From assembly GCA_036828955.1 (NCBI GenBank), contig DAISRJ010000006.1, forward strand, positions 1-62,564: DNA of 62,564 nt, written 5' to 3'. This document shows, piece after piece, positions 1 through 9,214 of the stretch. Position 1 is the first letter of the stretch. Every line of letters starts with the position of its first letter. The notes beneath the pieces are model-generated. The model was not told the DNA's origin. It was given only the letters and a program-made list of their open reading frames with translations, and made no database searches. Origin of the DNA: Candidatus Dormiibacterota bacterium (lineage in GTDB: Bacteria > Chloroflexota > Dormibacteria > Aeolococcales > Aeolococcaceae). Position numbers and translations under genes: made by a program.

Positions 1-92
1 CGCCCTGACCCTCGCTCAACAGTGAAACAGCAGGGTTCGCACGATACGCCGACGGCGCAGCACGATCAAGTCGTACTCGCCCGCCCGCTCCG

Positions 93-132
93 TGCTTACA
101 AAACAGCTGCTCTACCACTGAGCTACGCCGGC
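93..132 (-). tRNA. tRNA-Thr(UGU), 5' 40 nt only; interrupted just after the anticodon loop
   Basis: Minus strand reads GCCGGCG-TA-GCTC-AGTGGTA-GAGC-A-GCTGT-TTTGTAA-GCA: acceptor 5' strand, perfect D-arm, anticodon arm with TGT. The expected GC, variable loop, TTCGA T-loop and CGCCGGC 3' strand do not follow. A TAGACT -10 sits at 150..145. Confidence 0.85.
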
Positions 133-394
133 CAGCGCTCGGTCAGTCTACCCGCCCAGTCGTGAACTCAGCCGCAGGCAGGCGGGAGCTGACCGGGAGC
201 GCGGTGGGAATCCAGCGGGAACCTATCGAAACAACAGGTCTTGACGGGCCCTGCCACCGGCAACCGCGGCATGCTGACCGTGTGGCTCCGTCCCAAGCGG
301 AGTAGCCGCGATGGTCACGGCCAACGCCGGGGGCGGGCTGCATAGTCCGTGCAGGTCTGCGTGTGGAGGCCCCCTGGTGCGCGACACTGCCGCG

Positions 395-883
395 ATGGAG
401 AACCCAGCCTTGCATCCCGACTGCGCAGCACTGGCCTTTCTCTTGGGACGATGGGAGGGTACGGGGCGGGGTCTGTGGACTGCGGAGACGCCGTTCAGAT
501 ATCGCGAGGAGGTTGTCATCGACCACGCAGGCAAGCCATTCCTCCGCTACGCCCAGCGAACATGGGCGGAAGACGACGGCCGGCCCATGCACAGCGAGGT
601 CGGTTATTTTCGTCCGGTCGGCGGGTCGCGTGTCGAACTGCTGCTGGTGCAGCCGACCGGGGTTGCCGAGATCCATGAGGGGCGGATCAAGGGATGGACT
701 CTTGAGCTCGAGGCGGTGCTCGTGGGAGTCACGCCGACAGCCAAACGGGTCACCGACGTGAACCGACACATCTGGGTCGAGCACGACGTGCTCAACTATC
801 GGCTGCTCCTTGGCATGAATGGCGAGCCGCTCAGCGACCACCTGGCTGGAACGTTGCGACGCACCGACCCCGCGGCGGGATGA
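395..883 (+). CDS. Nitrobindin / FABP-like (THAP4-type) heme-binding beta-barrel protein
   Basis: LAFLLGRWEGTG N-terminal motif, Y-x-Q-R-T-W...P-M-H-S-E-x-G-Y and a C-terminal HL (heme-ligand position). Start placed at ATG 395. Confidence 0.85.
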   Translation: MENPALHPDCAALAFLLGRWEGTGRGLWTAETPFRYREEVVIDHAGKPFLRYAQRTWAEDDGRPMHSEVGYFRPVGGSRVELLLVQPTGVAEIHEGRIKGWTLELEAVLVGVTPTAKRVTDVNRHIWVEHDVLNYRLLLGMNGEPLSDHLAGTLRRTDPAAG

Positions 884-886
884 GCC

Positions 887-1444
887 TCACTCCGCCCCCG
901 GCGGCTCCTCATCGATGGCCGGCGGGCGAGCAAGTCGCTCGAGCTGAGCGCGCACCTCAGGATCGAGCCGGTCCCCGAGGCGGTTGGCGAAACCAGCGTC
1001 ACGTCGCCTCCGCGCGGCGTGCTCGTCGACACCGTCCCGGACGCCCCGCACCTGCGCATGCAACGCGGTTGCCCCCACCACCGCCGCTCCCATCGCCATG
1101 ACCATGTCCCGTTGCAAGCGGTCACTGGTGGCCACCGTCACCAACCCGGCGTCCCCATGGTGCGAGGCCATCGAGACGCGCCGCTCGATGACGTGGTCGG
1201 CGCTCTGCGCGCGACTCCCATAGATCACCGTGATGCCGTCGATCTTCTCGCCGGCACCGCGGTCGCGCTCACGGCCGTGGGCGTCGAAGACGACGGTGAC
1301 GTGTTCACCGGTGGCGGCCGCGTACTCGCCGAGCATGGCGACAAGGCGGCGGCGCGCCTCCTCTCCCCTACCGCCCTTGATCAGGGGGGACAGCTCGGGC
1401 CACGCGTGGATGATGTTGTAGCCGTCGACGATCAGCTCACGCAT
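887..1444 (-). CDS. yacP: NYN-domain ribonuclease, YacP/Rae1 family
   Basis: LIVDGYNII, VVFDA, SADHVIE and VATSD motifs; directly downstream of rlmB as in the conserved order. Confidence 0.9.
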   Translation of the reverse strand: MRELIVDGYNIIHAWPELSPLIKGGRGEEARRRLVAMLGEYAAATGEHVTVVFDAHGRERDRGAGEKIDGITVIYGSRAQSADHVIERRVSMASHHGDAGLVTVATSDRLQRDMVMAMGAAVVGATALHAQVRGVRDGVDEHAARRRRDAGFANRLGDRLDPEVRAQLERLARPPAIDEEPPGAE

Positions 1445-2186
1445 CACGAGCCTCACGCGTCGCAAAGCCGCGCTGGCGCGCCACCTCGTAGAGCAACACT
1501 GCCGCCGCCGCCCCGGCATTGAGCGACGACACCCGGCCCGCAAGTGGCAGCGACACCACGGCGTCGCAGTGGCGCCGCGTCAGCGAACGCATGCCCTCGC
1601 CCTCGGCGCCGACCACCAGCGCCACCGGGATGGTGAAGTCAAAGCCGTCGTACCGCGTCGGGCCATCCGCGGCCAGTCCCACCACCCAGATGCCCGCCGC
1701 CTGCATCTGCTCGAGCGCTTGCACCAGGTTGGTGACAACGGCGACAGGAACATGCTCGGTGGCGCCGGCCGATGCCTTGGCCGCCGCGCCGGTGACCCCG
1801 GCGGCGCGATGCCGCGGCAGCACGATGCCGTCGGCGCCCACCGCGTCTGCGGTGCGGATGATCGCCCCGAGGTTTTGCGGATCCTGGATGCCGTCGAGCA
1901 CGACCACCAGTTGCGGGAGGCGGGCCTGCGCCATGAGGTCGTCCAGTGTCAGCGGGGCGCGGCCGTGGAAGTACCCGGCAATCCCCTGGTGGTGCTCGGT
2001 ATGGGAGATGTCGTCGAGGCGGCGGCGCGGGCTCTCCTCCACCGGGATGCCGCGCTCCTCCGCCAGGGCGCGGATCTCGTCGATGCGGAGGTCAGCGGCG
2101 GTCCCGGTGGCGATGACCAGCTTGCGCGCCGCCCTGCCGGCACGGAGTGCCTCGAGCACCGGGTTGCGCCCGTACAGGATGTCCAC
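1437..2186 (-). CDS. rlmB: 23S rRNA Gm2251 2'-O-methyltransferase (TrmH/SpoU family)
   Basis: YGRNPVLEAL, LDGIQDPQNLGAIIRTA, VGAEGEG and SLNAG motifs. Confidence 0.95.
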   Translation of the reverse strand: MDILYGRNPVLEALRAGRAARKLVIATGTAADLRIDEIRALAEERGIPVEESPRRRLDDISHTEHHQGIAGYFHGRAPLTLDDLMAQARLPQLVVVLDGIQDPQNLGAIIRTADAVGADGIVLPRHRAAGVTGAAAKASAGATEHVPVAVVTNLVQALEQMQAAGIWVVGLAADGPTRYDGFDFTIPVALVVGAEGEGMRSLTRRHCDAVVSLPLAGRVSSLNAGAAAAVLLYEVARQRGFATREARDA

Positions 2187-2272
2187 CGGCCGAGTATCGC
2201 CGACGCCCGGCGCCCCAGCCGGTCAGCCTGCCGTCCAGCTCCCGTCGGGCGCAGCGCCGCCAGCACCGCTGA

Positions 2273-3037
2273 TCACGCCACGGCACGACCGAAGGCACGC
2301 GCCGCCAGCACCACCGCGACGATCCCCAGTCCAAGTATCACGGCGAATCCCTGCGCCACCGCGATATCCGTGAGGTGGCTGTTGAACGCCGCCCGGGCCG
2401 CGTCCACCGCGTACTTGAGCGGGTTGAACGCCGCCACGGTGCGCAGCCAGCCCGGCGCCAGCTGCAGGGGCAGGAGCACGCCAGAGAGGAGCAGCAGGGG
2501 AAGCGTGGCACCGAACACGATGGGTGCGAACGCATCCTCGCTCTTCACAGCCAGCGCGATCGTGTAGGACAGCGACGCCGTCAGCAGCCCGATCAGGGCA
2601 ATCAGCAACAGCGCCAGCAGGATCCCGCCGGCGTTGATGGTCAGGCCGAAGGGGATCGCGCAGATGACCAGCAGCAGCGACTGCGCCGTGATGATCACCA
2701 CGTCGCGCAGCGCCCGGCCGAGCAGTAGGGAGATGCGGCTGATCGGCGTCACCCTGAAGCGCTCGATGACCCCCATGCGCAGTTCCGAGATGAGCCCGAA
2801 GCCCACGCCAGAGGCGCCGAACAGGCCCAGCTGCACGAGCAGGCCGGGGATGAAGACGTTGTAGGCCCCGCCCTTGGGGAACCCCGGCGCCGATGACGCC
2901 ACCTTGACCAGCAGAGGCGCGAACAGCACCAGGTACATGATCGGCTGGACGATGCCGAAGAACATCCAGACGGGGTTGCGCAGCGTCTGCAGGATGTAGC
3001 GGCGGAAGACGAGCGCGGTGTCGCGAAGCGGGTTCAT
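2273..3037 (-). CDS. ABC-2 type exporter permease (DrrB-like)
   Basis: Six hydrophobic segments, QP...LF motif, ERFRVTP, NPLKYAVDAAR. Start at ATG 3037. Confidence 0.9.
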   Translation of the reverse strand: MNPLRDTALVFRRYILQTLRNPVWMFFGIVQPIMYLVLFAPLLVKVASSAPGFPKGGAYNVFIPGLLVQLGLFGASGVGFGLISELRMGVIERFRVTPISRISLLLGRALRDVVIITAQSLLLVICAIPFGLTINAGGILLALLLIALIGLLTASLSYTIALAVKSEDAFAPIVFGATLPLLLLSGVLLPLQLAPGWLRTVAAFNPLKYAVDAARAAFNSHLTDIAVAQGFAVILGLGIVAVVLAARAFGRAVA

Positions 3038-3053
3038 GGCTGCCCTCCTCCTG

Positions 3054-4064
3054 TCAGTTGGGGTTGTCGTCGCGGAGCGAGCGACCGGTCTTGGCAAGGA
3101 ACACGTCGTCGAGGCTGGGCCGCGCCACCGTCAGCGTCGCCATCTCGAGGTTGGCCGCGTCGAGTGCGCGCATCAGGGCTGGCATCGCCGTCTCGCCGCG
3201 GTCGACGTAGAGGCGGATCAGGCCACTCTCAGCGCTGGCCTCGCGCACGAACGGCAGCGCCTGCAGCTGCGCGAAGGCGTTCTCGTGCTCACCCTGCAGG
3301 GACAGGGTGATGGCGTCGCCAGCGACCTGACGCTTGAGCGCGTCCGGCGAACCCTCGATGACGATGCTGCCGTGGTCGATGATGGCCACGCGGTCGCAGA
3401 GCGCGTCGGCCTCCTCCAGGTAGTGGGTCGTCAGGAACACCGTGGTCCCCCTGTCGCGCAGCTTGCGGACCTCCGTCCACAGGTGCGCCCGCGCCTGGGG
3501 ATCGAGTCCGGTGGTGGGCTCGTCGAGGAAGACAAGGCGGGGCCGGTGCATCAGGCCGATGGCGATGTCGAGCCGGCGCCGCTGGCCGCCCGAGTACGTC
3601 TGCGTCTTGCGGTCCGCGCAGCTCTCGATCTCGAGGGTCTCGAGCAACTCAGCCGCGCGAACCTCTGCCTGGCTCTTGCTCATCCCGTGGAGGCGCCCCT
3701 GGAACACAAGCTCGCCGCGCCCCGTCTCGATGATGTCGCTGCCGCCCGTCTGGCCGACGTAGCCGATGCGGCGGCGCACCAGGCCTCCCTGGGTGAGCAG
3801 GTCGGCGCCTGCCACCACGGCCTCTCCGCTCGTCGGGGTGAGCAGGGTCGCGAGCATGCGCAGCGTCGTGGTCTTGCCCGCCCCGTTGGGGCCGAGGAAG
3901 CCGAAGATCTCGCCGTTGCGCACCTCGAGGTCGACGCCACGGACGGCCTCGACGGTGCCCCGTCCGCGGGTCGTGAACGTGCGCCGAAGCCGGCGCGTGC
4001 GGATGGCGACGTCCCCGTCGGGGGCCTGGGCGGCGTCGTCTGCGGGGGCGATGGCCGTGGTCAT
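3054..4064 (-). CDS. ABC exporter ATP-binding protein (DrrA-like)
   Basis: Walker A GPNGAGKTT, signature YSGGQ, Walker B FLDEPTTGLD, C-terminal PSLDDVFL. Confidence 0.93.
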   Translation of the reverse strand: MTTAIAPADDAAQAPDGDVAIRTRRLRRTFTTRGRGTVEAVRGVDLEVRNGEIFGFLGPNGAGKTTTLRMLATLLTPTSGEAVVAGADLLTQGGLVRRRIGYVGQTGGSDIIETGRGELVFQGRLHGMSKSQAEVRAAELLETLEIESCADRKTQTYSGGQRRRLDIAIGLMHRPRLVFLDEPTTGLDPQARAHLWTEVRKLRDRGTTVFLTTHYLEEADALCDRVAIIDHGSIVIEGSPDALKRQVAGDAITLSLQGEHENAFAQLQALPFVREASAESGLIRLYVDRGETAMPALMRALDAANLEMATLTVARPSLDDVFLAKTGRSLRDDNPN

Positions 4065-4684
4065 GAATGCAGTCCTCGTGAGGTCTTGGCGATCTCGGTG
4101 TCGGGCAGGTGTGTCTCCCAGTGGAGGCGGCCGGCGCTGATGTCGTCCATCACGGCGCGGCACCAGGCCAGCTCCGCCTCATGGAGGCGCAGACCGAGCT
4201 CAGCCTCGAGGAGGAAGACGCGCGGCAGGCCCACCTCGTCGATCAGCATCCGCTCGGCCGCGTGGCCGCCGGCGATGATGCCCTCGAGGCGCACGACCCG
4301 CGCGCCCAGGGCCTGGGAGACGCGGCTCATGGGCAACACCCCCACCAGCGACATCGCGGCGGTGAACACGGGGTGGCCTGCGACGGGCGATTCGATCAGC
4401 TCACAGACCCAGGCGGCGATCTCGTCGCGCCCGTCGTCGGTGATGCCGTAGACGGTGCGCTCCGGGCGCCGCCCCTCGCGGCTGGTCTCGACTGCGGTGA
4501 CCAGTCCGCGCTGCTCGAGGCGCGCGATGGCGTGGTACAGCGCACGCGGCGGCCCGATCGCGAAGTCCTTGTGGCGCTCGCGGAAGAGGCGCTGGATCTC
4601 GTAGGGGTGCGACGGGCCCTCGGCAAGGACGGCAAGCGCTCCAAGCGCGACAAGGTCCAGCCGCGAACGTGGTACCTCTGCCAT
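4061..4684 (-). CDS. PadR-family transcriptional regulator
   Basis: GPSHPYEI...LYHAIARL...EGRRPERTVYGITDDG; 4-nt overlap with the ATPase start. Confidence 0.9.
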   Translation of the reverse strand: MAEVPRSRLDLVALGALAVLAEGPSHPYEIQRLFRERHKDFAIGPPRALYHAIARLEQRGLVTAVETSREGRRPERTVYGITDDGRDEIAAWVCELIESPVAGHPVFTAAMSLVGVLPMSRVSQALGARVVRLEGIIAGGHAAERMLIDEVGLPRVFLLEAELGLRLHEAELAWCRAVMDDISAGRLHWETHLPDTEIAKTSRGLHS

Positions 4685-4701
4685 AGTGCAGAGTGCACTA
4701 T
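4683..4701. promoter_or_regulatory. Probable PadR operator: perfect 8-3-8 palindrome over the -10 and start codon
   Basis: ATAGTGCA-GAG-TGCACTAT overlaps the TATAGT -10 on the minus strand and the padR ATG. Confidence 0.7.
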
Positions 4702-4732
4702 AGCAGAGGGTCGAGATCCTCGCCCAGCCGGC

Positions 4733-5383
4733 TCAGATGTACGCGGGCTGGGGCCTCGGCCGGAGCAGGGACATGGTCAGCGCCCCGCCGTAGACGAGGT
4801 CGAGAACGAGGCTCAGGACGCCCAGGAGCCCGACCGTTCCCGCCCGGGCGGTGCCGCCGAGGCCGGCGAGGCCGTCGAGGATGGCGAGCACGTCGAGCAG
4901 CAGGAAGACAACGCGCGCCGCGGTGAACTGCGTCAGCCACACGAAGAGAGCGGTGACCAGAGCCGCCGCGACCGCCGCGACCGCGAAGGCGGCGCCGATG
5001 TTGAAGGACTGCACCGTGGTGATCCCCGTGTTGGCATCAAAGATGGGCACGTTGATGTGCTGCACCAGGAGGCCGACGCCGATCAGGATGAGGGCCGTCA
5101 GCACCCCGTATCCGATGGTGATCCAGCGGCAGACGCTGATCCAGTTGGTGCCCGACGCGGTGATGCTCTGCTGGAGTGCGGCGAACCCGCCGGAGCGGAC
5201 TGGTGCCGCGCCGATGTTCGCGAAGCCCGGTGGCGGCGGAGGCGGCGGTGGCGGGTTCGAGCGAGCCGCAACGAGGTTGCGGCCGTCCGGGAGGATCAGT
5301 GCCGTACCGCAGCGCTGGCAGGTGGTTCGCTTGCCGAGCTCCGTCCAGGACCAGCAGTTCGGGCAGCACACGTTCTCGGGCAT
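4733..5383 (-). CDS. Hypothetical membrane protein with N-terminal Zn-ribbon (CPNC...CQRC) and poly-Pro linker
   Basis: ORF track; two CxxC pairs, a P8 run, then about 4 hydrophobic segments. Start inferred at ATG 5383. Confidence 0.7.
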   Translation of the reverse strand: MPENVCCPNCWSWTELGKRTTCQRCGTALILPDGRNLVAARSNPPPPPPPPPGFANIGAAPVRSGGFAALQQSITASGTNWISVCRWITIGYGVLTALILIGVGLLVQHINVPIFDANTGITTVQSFNIGAAFAVAAVAAALVTALFVWLTQFTAARVVFLLLDVLAILDGLAGLGGTARAGTVGLLGVLSLVLDLVYGGALTMSLLRPRPQPAYI

Positions 5384-5540
5384 TTCGCGATTGTGTCGCC
5401 GGGAGCGCGGCACGCTCGCGCCGTCATCGATCAGCGGCCTTTCCGTGACCAAGACGCCAAGTGCGGCGCCACGGGTAGATGGGCGCCGCGGCGCTCCGCC
5501 GCCCCATCAGGGGAATGCGGAGCGCCGCGTGCGGTGCGGC

Positions 5541-6080
5541 CTAGAGCGGGGGCGGGGGCGGGGGGCTGCCGCCGCCGAAGGAATTGCCCGACGTGGTGCC
5601 GTATGCGCTCACGGCCGGCTGCGGATCGGTGCGCTTCAGGTAGCCACCAACGGCGACGACGATCCCCGCGATGATGCCGATGAAGAGCCCGAAACTGGGA
5701 CCGTAGCTGTAGCCGGCGCCGCCTCCTCCGCTGGTGTGTGTGACCAGCCAGAGCAGAGCCATGACAGCGGCGAAGACGCCGATGATCATGTAGATCATCG
5801 CGTCGGTCTGGGGCAGTTGGGGGATGGTGAAGGTCGGCACAAACGTGCGCAGGATGAACAGCGCCAGGCCGACGAGCACTGCCAGGAAGAACAACCAGCC
5901 CGGCCAGTCATTGAGGGCGCTGACTGAGAACGATGTGTTCAAGCCGTTGCAGAGAGCGCTCCCACCGCAGCTGAAACTGGCGCTGTACCAGGGGAGAAAG
6001 GTCGCAATGAAAGCGACAACCAGGCCGATGCCGATGGCGGTGTCACCATTGCTGTAATGACGTCCGGCGACTGCAGGCAA
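5541..6080 (-). CDS. Hypothetical 4-TM membrane protein with Pro-rich C-terminus
   Basis: TTG start 6 nt after AGGAGGG; TATACT -10 at 6132..6127; TFLPWY motif and four hydrophobic stretches. Confidence 0.75.
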   Translation of the reverse strand: MPAVAGRHYSNGDTAIGIGLVVAFIATFLPWYSASFSCGGSALCNGLNTSFSVSALNDWPGWLFFLAVLVGLALFILRTFVPTFTIPQLPQTDAMIYMIIGVFAAVMALLWLVTHTSGGGGAGYSYGPSFGLFIGIIAGIVVAVGGYLKRTDPQPAVSAYGTTSGNSFGGGSPPPPPPL

Positions 6081-6177
6081 CGTGGACCCTCCTCTACATG
6101 GCGATTGCCGGGCATCCGGCGAGCGCAGTATAGGGGCCGGAAGGGCGAGCCGAACACGCGACCGACGGGAGGGCGCC

Positions 6178-6510
6178 TTAGCTTGCCGGGATGATCGGGG
6201 GCGGAACGCCACTGAGGTCGGCACGGCGGGTGAGGTAGTCGATACGGGTGACCTCGCCGCGCGCGTACATCATCTCCAGCTCCGCGACGGCGGGGTTGGG
6301 CAGCGGCGGCGCCAGCGCGCGCCGGCCGTGCAGGGCACCGATGAGCGCACGCACCAGCCACACGATGGCGACGATGACGAGCACCCAGATCACAAAACGC
6401 AGGCAGATGGCGAGCACAGACACGCCGGTGTCATATCCGCCCCGGCCCACGAGTGGGGCATTTCCGCTCAACGCGGAGAATCCTCCGAACCCTCGGCTGC
6501 CTGGTCCCAT
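6178..6510 (-). CDS. SHOCT-domain small membrane protein
   Basis: GAGGAGG RBS before ATG 6510; one TM helix, then AVAELEMMYARGEVTRIDY (SHOCT-like). Confidence 0.75.
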   Translation of the reverse strand: MGPGSRGFGGFSALSGNAPLVGRGGYDTGVSVLAICLRFVIWVLVIVAIVWLVRALIGALHGRRALAPPLPNPAVAELEMMYARGEVTRIDYLTRRADLSGVPPPIIPAS

Positions 6511-6625
6511 CTGCGGTGCCTCCTCTCTGGTCACGCCGGTCCCGGGCGGGCGCATGGATCGACCTGACCGTATGAACCGATTGTGGCGTTTCAACCTTAC
6601 ATGCGAATGACCGCTGACCGCTCGG

Positions 6626-8041
6626 TCAGAGGCGGCGCCAGCGCTGTCCCTCGCCGGTGTCCTCCACCACGATGCCGCGGCCGGCGAGAACCTCGCGGAG
6701 GCGATCCGATTCCGACCACTCGCGTTGCTCTCGCGCCACCCGGCGCAGGTCGAGCAGAGCTCGGTCCTCCTCGCTGAGAGAATTCCCGGCCCTCTCGCCG
6801 GCGACAAGCTCGAGGACCCCGAGGACGTCGTCGACCTCGTCGAGGAACCCGACCAGCGCGCTGTACGAGGCACTGTCCAGCTCCCCTTCGTCGAGCTCCC
6901 TGTTGAGGACGCGGATCAGGCTGAAGACTGTGCCCATCGCCCCGGGCAGGTTGAGGTCGTCGTCCATGGCGGCGCCGAACTCGGAGCGCGCCTCGGCGAT
7001 GCGCTCCACGCGGGCTTCGTTCTCGCCCGCGCGGGGCGGGCGGCCGCGCACCCGCGCGTCGAAGTCGGCGAGGCGGTCCACCGACTCCGTGGCGGCGTGC
7101 AGCGACTCGTCGCTGTAGTTGACCGGCTTGCGGTAATGCGCTGCCGCGGCCAGCATGTAGCGGAGCGCGGAGGGCCGCGCGCCCGAGGCCACCAGGTCGG
7201 GCACGGTGGCGAAGTTGTCCATCGACTTGGCCATCTTCTCGCCCCCGATGCGCAGGTGCGCCGAGTGGCACCAGATTTGCACGAACTGCCGCCCGGTGGC
7301 GGCCTCGCTCTGGGCGATCTCGTTCTCGTGGTGCGGAAAGATGTTGTCGACGCCTCCGCAGTGCAGGTCGAACGACTCGCCGAGCAGCGCCATGCTCATC
7401 GCCGAGCATTCGATGTGCCAGCCGGGACGGCCGCGACCGAGCCGCGTGTCCCAGCCGATCTCGTCGGCGCCGACGGCCTTCCACAGGGCAAAGTCGCGGA
7501 CGTCCTCCTTGTCGTACTCGTCGGCATCGACGCGCCCGCTCGCGCCGGCCACCAGCCCTTCGGCGCGGGCGCCGGAGAGGCGTCCGTAGTGAGGGAAGCC
7601 GGCGACCCGGTAGTAGACGCTGCCCGCGCTCCGGTACGCGACGCCCGCCGCCTCCAGCCTCTCGATGAGCGCAACCATCTCCTCGATGTATTCCGTGGCA
7701 CGTGGGAAGTGCTGGGCGGGACGGATGTTGAGGGTGCGCAGGTCTTCATAGAACTCGTCGATGAACGGTGCCGTCTCAGCGTCCAACCCATGACCTGCGG
7801 CCGCGGCATTGCGGATGATCTTGTCCTCGACATCGGTGAGGTTCATGACGTGGGTGACACGGGCGAAGCGTCGCTCCAGCCAGCGGTGCAGGATGTCCTC
7901 GAACAGAAACGTGCGGAAGTTGCCGACGTGCGCCCGCGCATAGACGGTGGGACCGCACGTGTAGAGGCGCACGTGGCCCTCCTCGAGCGGGGCCACGATG
8001 CGCAGCCTGCGCGTGAGGGTGTCGTGGAGGCGCATCGGCAT
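6626..8041 (-). CDS. cysS: Cysteinyl-tRNA synthetase
   Basis: YTCGPTVY, HVGN (HIGH), GRPGWHIECSAM, HHENEIAQ and KMAKS (KMSKS) motifs. Confidence 0.97.
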   Translation of the reverse strand: MPMRLHDTLTRRLRIVAPLEEGHVRLYTCGPTVYARAHVGNFRTFLFEDILHRWLERRFARVTHVMNLTDVEDKIIRNAAAAGHGLDAETAPFIDEFYEDLRTLNIRPAQHFPRATEYIEEMVALIERLEAAGVAYRSAGSVYYRVAGFPHYGRLSGARAEGLVAGASGRVDADEYDKEDVRDFALWKAVGADEIGWDTRLGRGRPGWHIECSAMSMALLGESFDLHCGGVDNIFPHHENEIAQSEAATGRQFVQIWCHSAHLRIGGEKMAKSMDNFATVPDLVASGARPSALRYMLAAAAHYRKPVNYSDESLHAATESVDRLADFDARVRGRPPRAGENEARVERIAEARSEFGAAMDDDLNLPGAMGTVFSLIRVLNRELDEGELDSASYSALVGFLDEVDDVLGVLELVAGERAGNSLSEEDRALLDLRRVAREQREWSESDRLREVLAGRGIVVEDTGEGQRWRRL

Positions 8042-8096
8042 GACCCGAAGTTTATCGACGAGCGCTCGCCACCCCGGCAGCGATGGGCTGCTCAGC

Positions 8097-8702
8097 TCAG
8101 GCGGCGGCGGACACTGCCTGCTCACGGCGGCTGATGACCTGGTCGATGAGACCCCACGCCAACGCCTGCTCCGCGGTCATGTAGTTGTCGCGCTCGATGT
8201 CGTGGGCGACCTCGTCCAGGGTGCGCCCGCAGTGCCTTGCGTAGATCCCGACGAGCAGGTCGCGCTGGCGCAGGATCTCGCGGGTGTGGACCTCGAGGTC
8301 GCTGGCCTTGCCCTGCAGCCCGGACGCCCATGGCTGGTGGACCAGGATCAGGGAGTTGGGCAGCGCCAGGCGCGTGCCGCGGGCGCCTGCGGCGAGGAGC
8401 AGTGAGCCCCCGCTGGCGGCCATGCCGAGGCAGATCGTCGCCACCGGTGAGCTGACCCACTGCATGGCGTCGTACATCGACAGCGCCGCGGTGACACTGC
8501 CGCCCGGCGAGTTGATGTAGAGGCTGATCGGCTTGCCCGGATCCTCGCTCTCGAGGAAGAGCAGTTGGGCTGTGACCGCATTGGCGAGGTCGTCGGTGAT
8601 CTCGTTGCCGAGGAAGATGATGCGGTCGCGCAGCAGGCGCGAGTAGATGTCGTAGGCGCGCTCGCCCCGGCTGGTGGACTCGACGACGGTCGGGATCAGC
8701 AT
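8097..8702 (-). CDS. clpP: ATP-dependent Clp protease proteolytic subunit
   Basis: [21 protein letters not shown], catalytic S (MAASGG), H (VHQP) and D (RDNYM). Confidence 0.97.
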   Translation of the reverse strand: MLIPTVVESTSRGERAYDIYSRLLRDRIIFLGNEITDDLANAVTAQLLFLESEDPGKPISLYINSPGGSVTAALSMYDAMQWVSSPVATICLGMAASGGSLLLAAGARGTRLALPNSLILVHQPWASGLQGKASDLEVHTREILRQRDLLVGIYARHCGRTLDEVAHDIERDNYMTAEQALAWGLIDQVISRREQAVSAAA

Positions 8703-9163
8703 CAGCGTCCATCCTCCCAGCCCGGGATGGCGAAGCCGATGCGACGCCGCGCCGGGGAGGCTGCCGGGCTGGCCAGGTAGCTGCTGAACTGGGCCACCGT
8801 CCGGAGCGCGTCGGGGCTCAGCGCCGCCGTCGCCAGGCGGAGCTGCTCCTGGGGGTTGTGGGCGACCGCCCGGGCGTCGCTGATGGTCTGCGGGGTGAGG
8901 CGATCGGCGATGTCGGCGTAGAGGACGTGGAGGGGCACGTCGAGCGCCGCGGCCATGGCCACCAGCCTCTCGGCGCTCACGTCCTTGCGCCCGCGCTCCA
9001 CCTCGGAGAGGTGGGCCGGCGAGCAGTGCGCCGCGGCGGCGACGTCTGTCAGGGATCGCCCGGCCATCTCCCGGTGGGTGCGCAGCACGGCACCCTGGAC
9101 GCGGCGCAGACGCCCGGCCCGGGTGCGGTTGTCGAGGAGTTCTTCGCTGTCAGCGTAATTCAT
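8702..9163 (-). CDS. XRE-family HTH regulator, ClgR-like, translationally coupled to clpP
   Basis: [40 protein letters not shown] resembles the actinobacterial ClgR HTH. Its stop overlaps the clpP ATG. Confidence 0.8.
   Translation of the reverse strand: MNYADSEELLDNRTRAGRLRRVQGAVLRTHREMAGRSLTDVAAAAHCSPAHLSEVERGRKDVSAERLVAMAAALDVPLHVLYADIADRLTPQTISDARAVAHNPQEQLRLATAALSPDALRTVAQFSSYLASPAASPARRRIGFAIPGWEDGR
9142..9159 (-). promoter_or_regulatory. Putative ClgR operator
   Basis: ATTACGCTGACAGCGAAG fits the Corynebacterium ClgR consensus WNNWCGCYNANRGCGWWS (recalled from memory) at all positions. It lies within codons 2-8 of the regulator. Confidence 0.5.
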
Positions 9164-9214
9164 TTCGCTGTGAGTAGCGTAGCAGATGCTCAGCCGGGTC
9201 GGGCCGGGCGCGGC

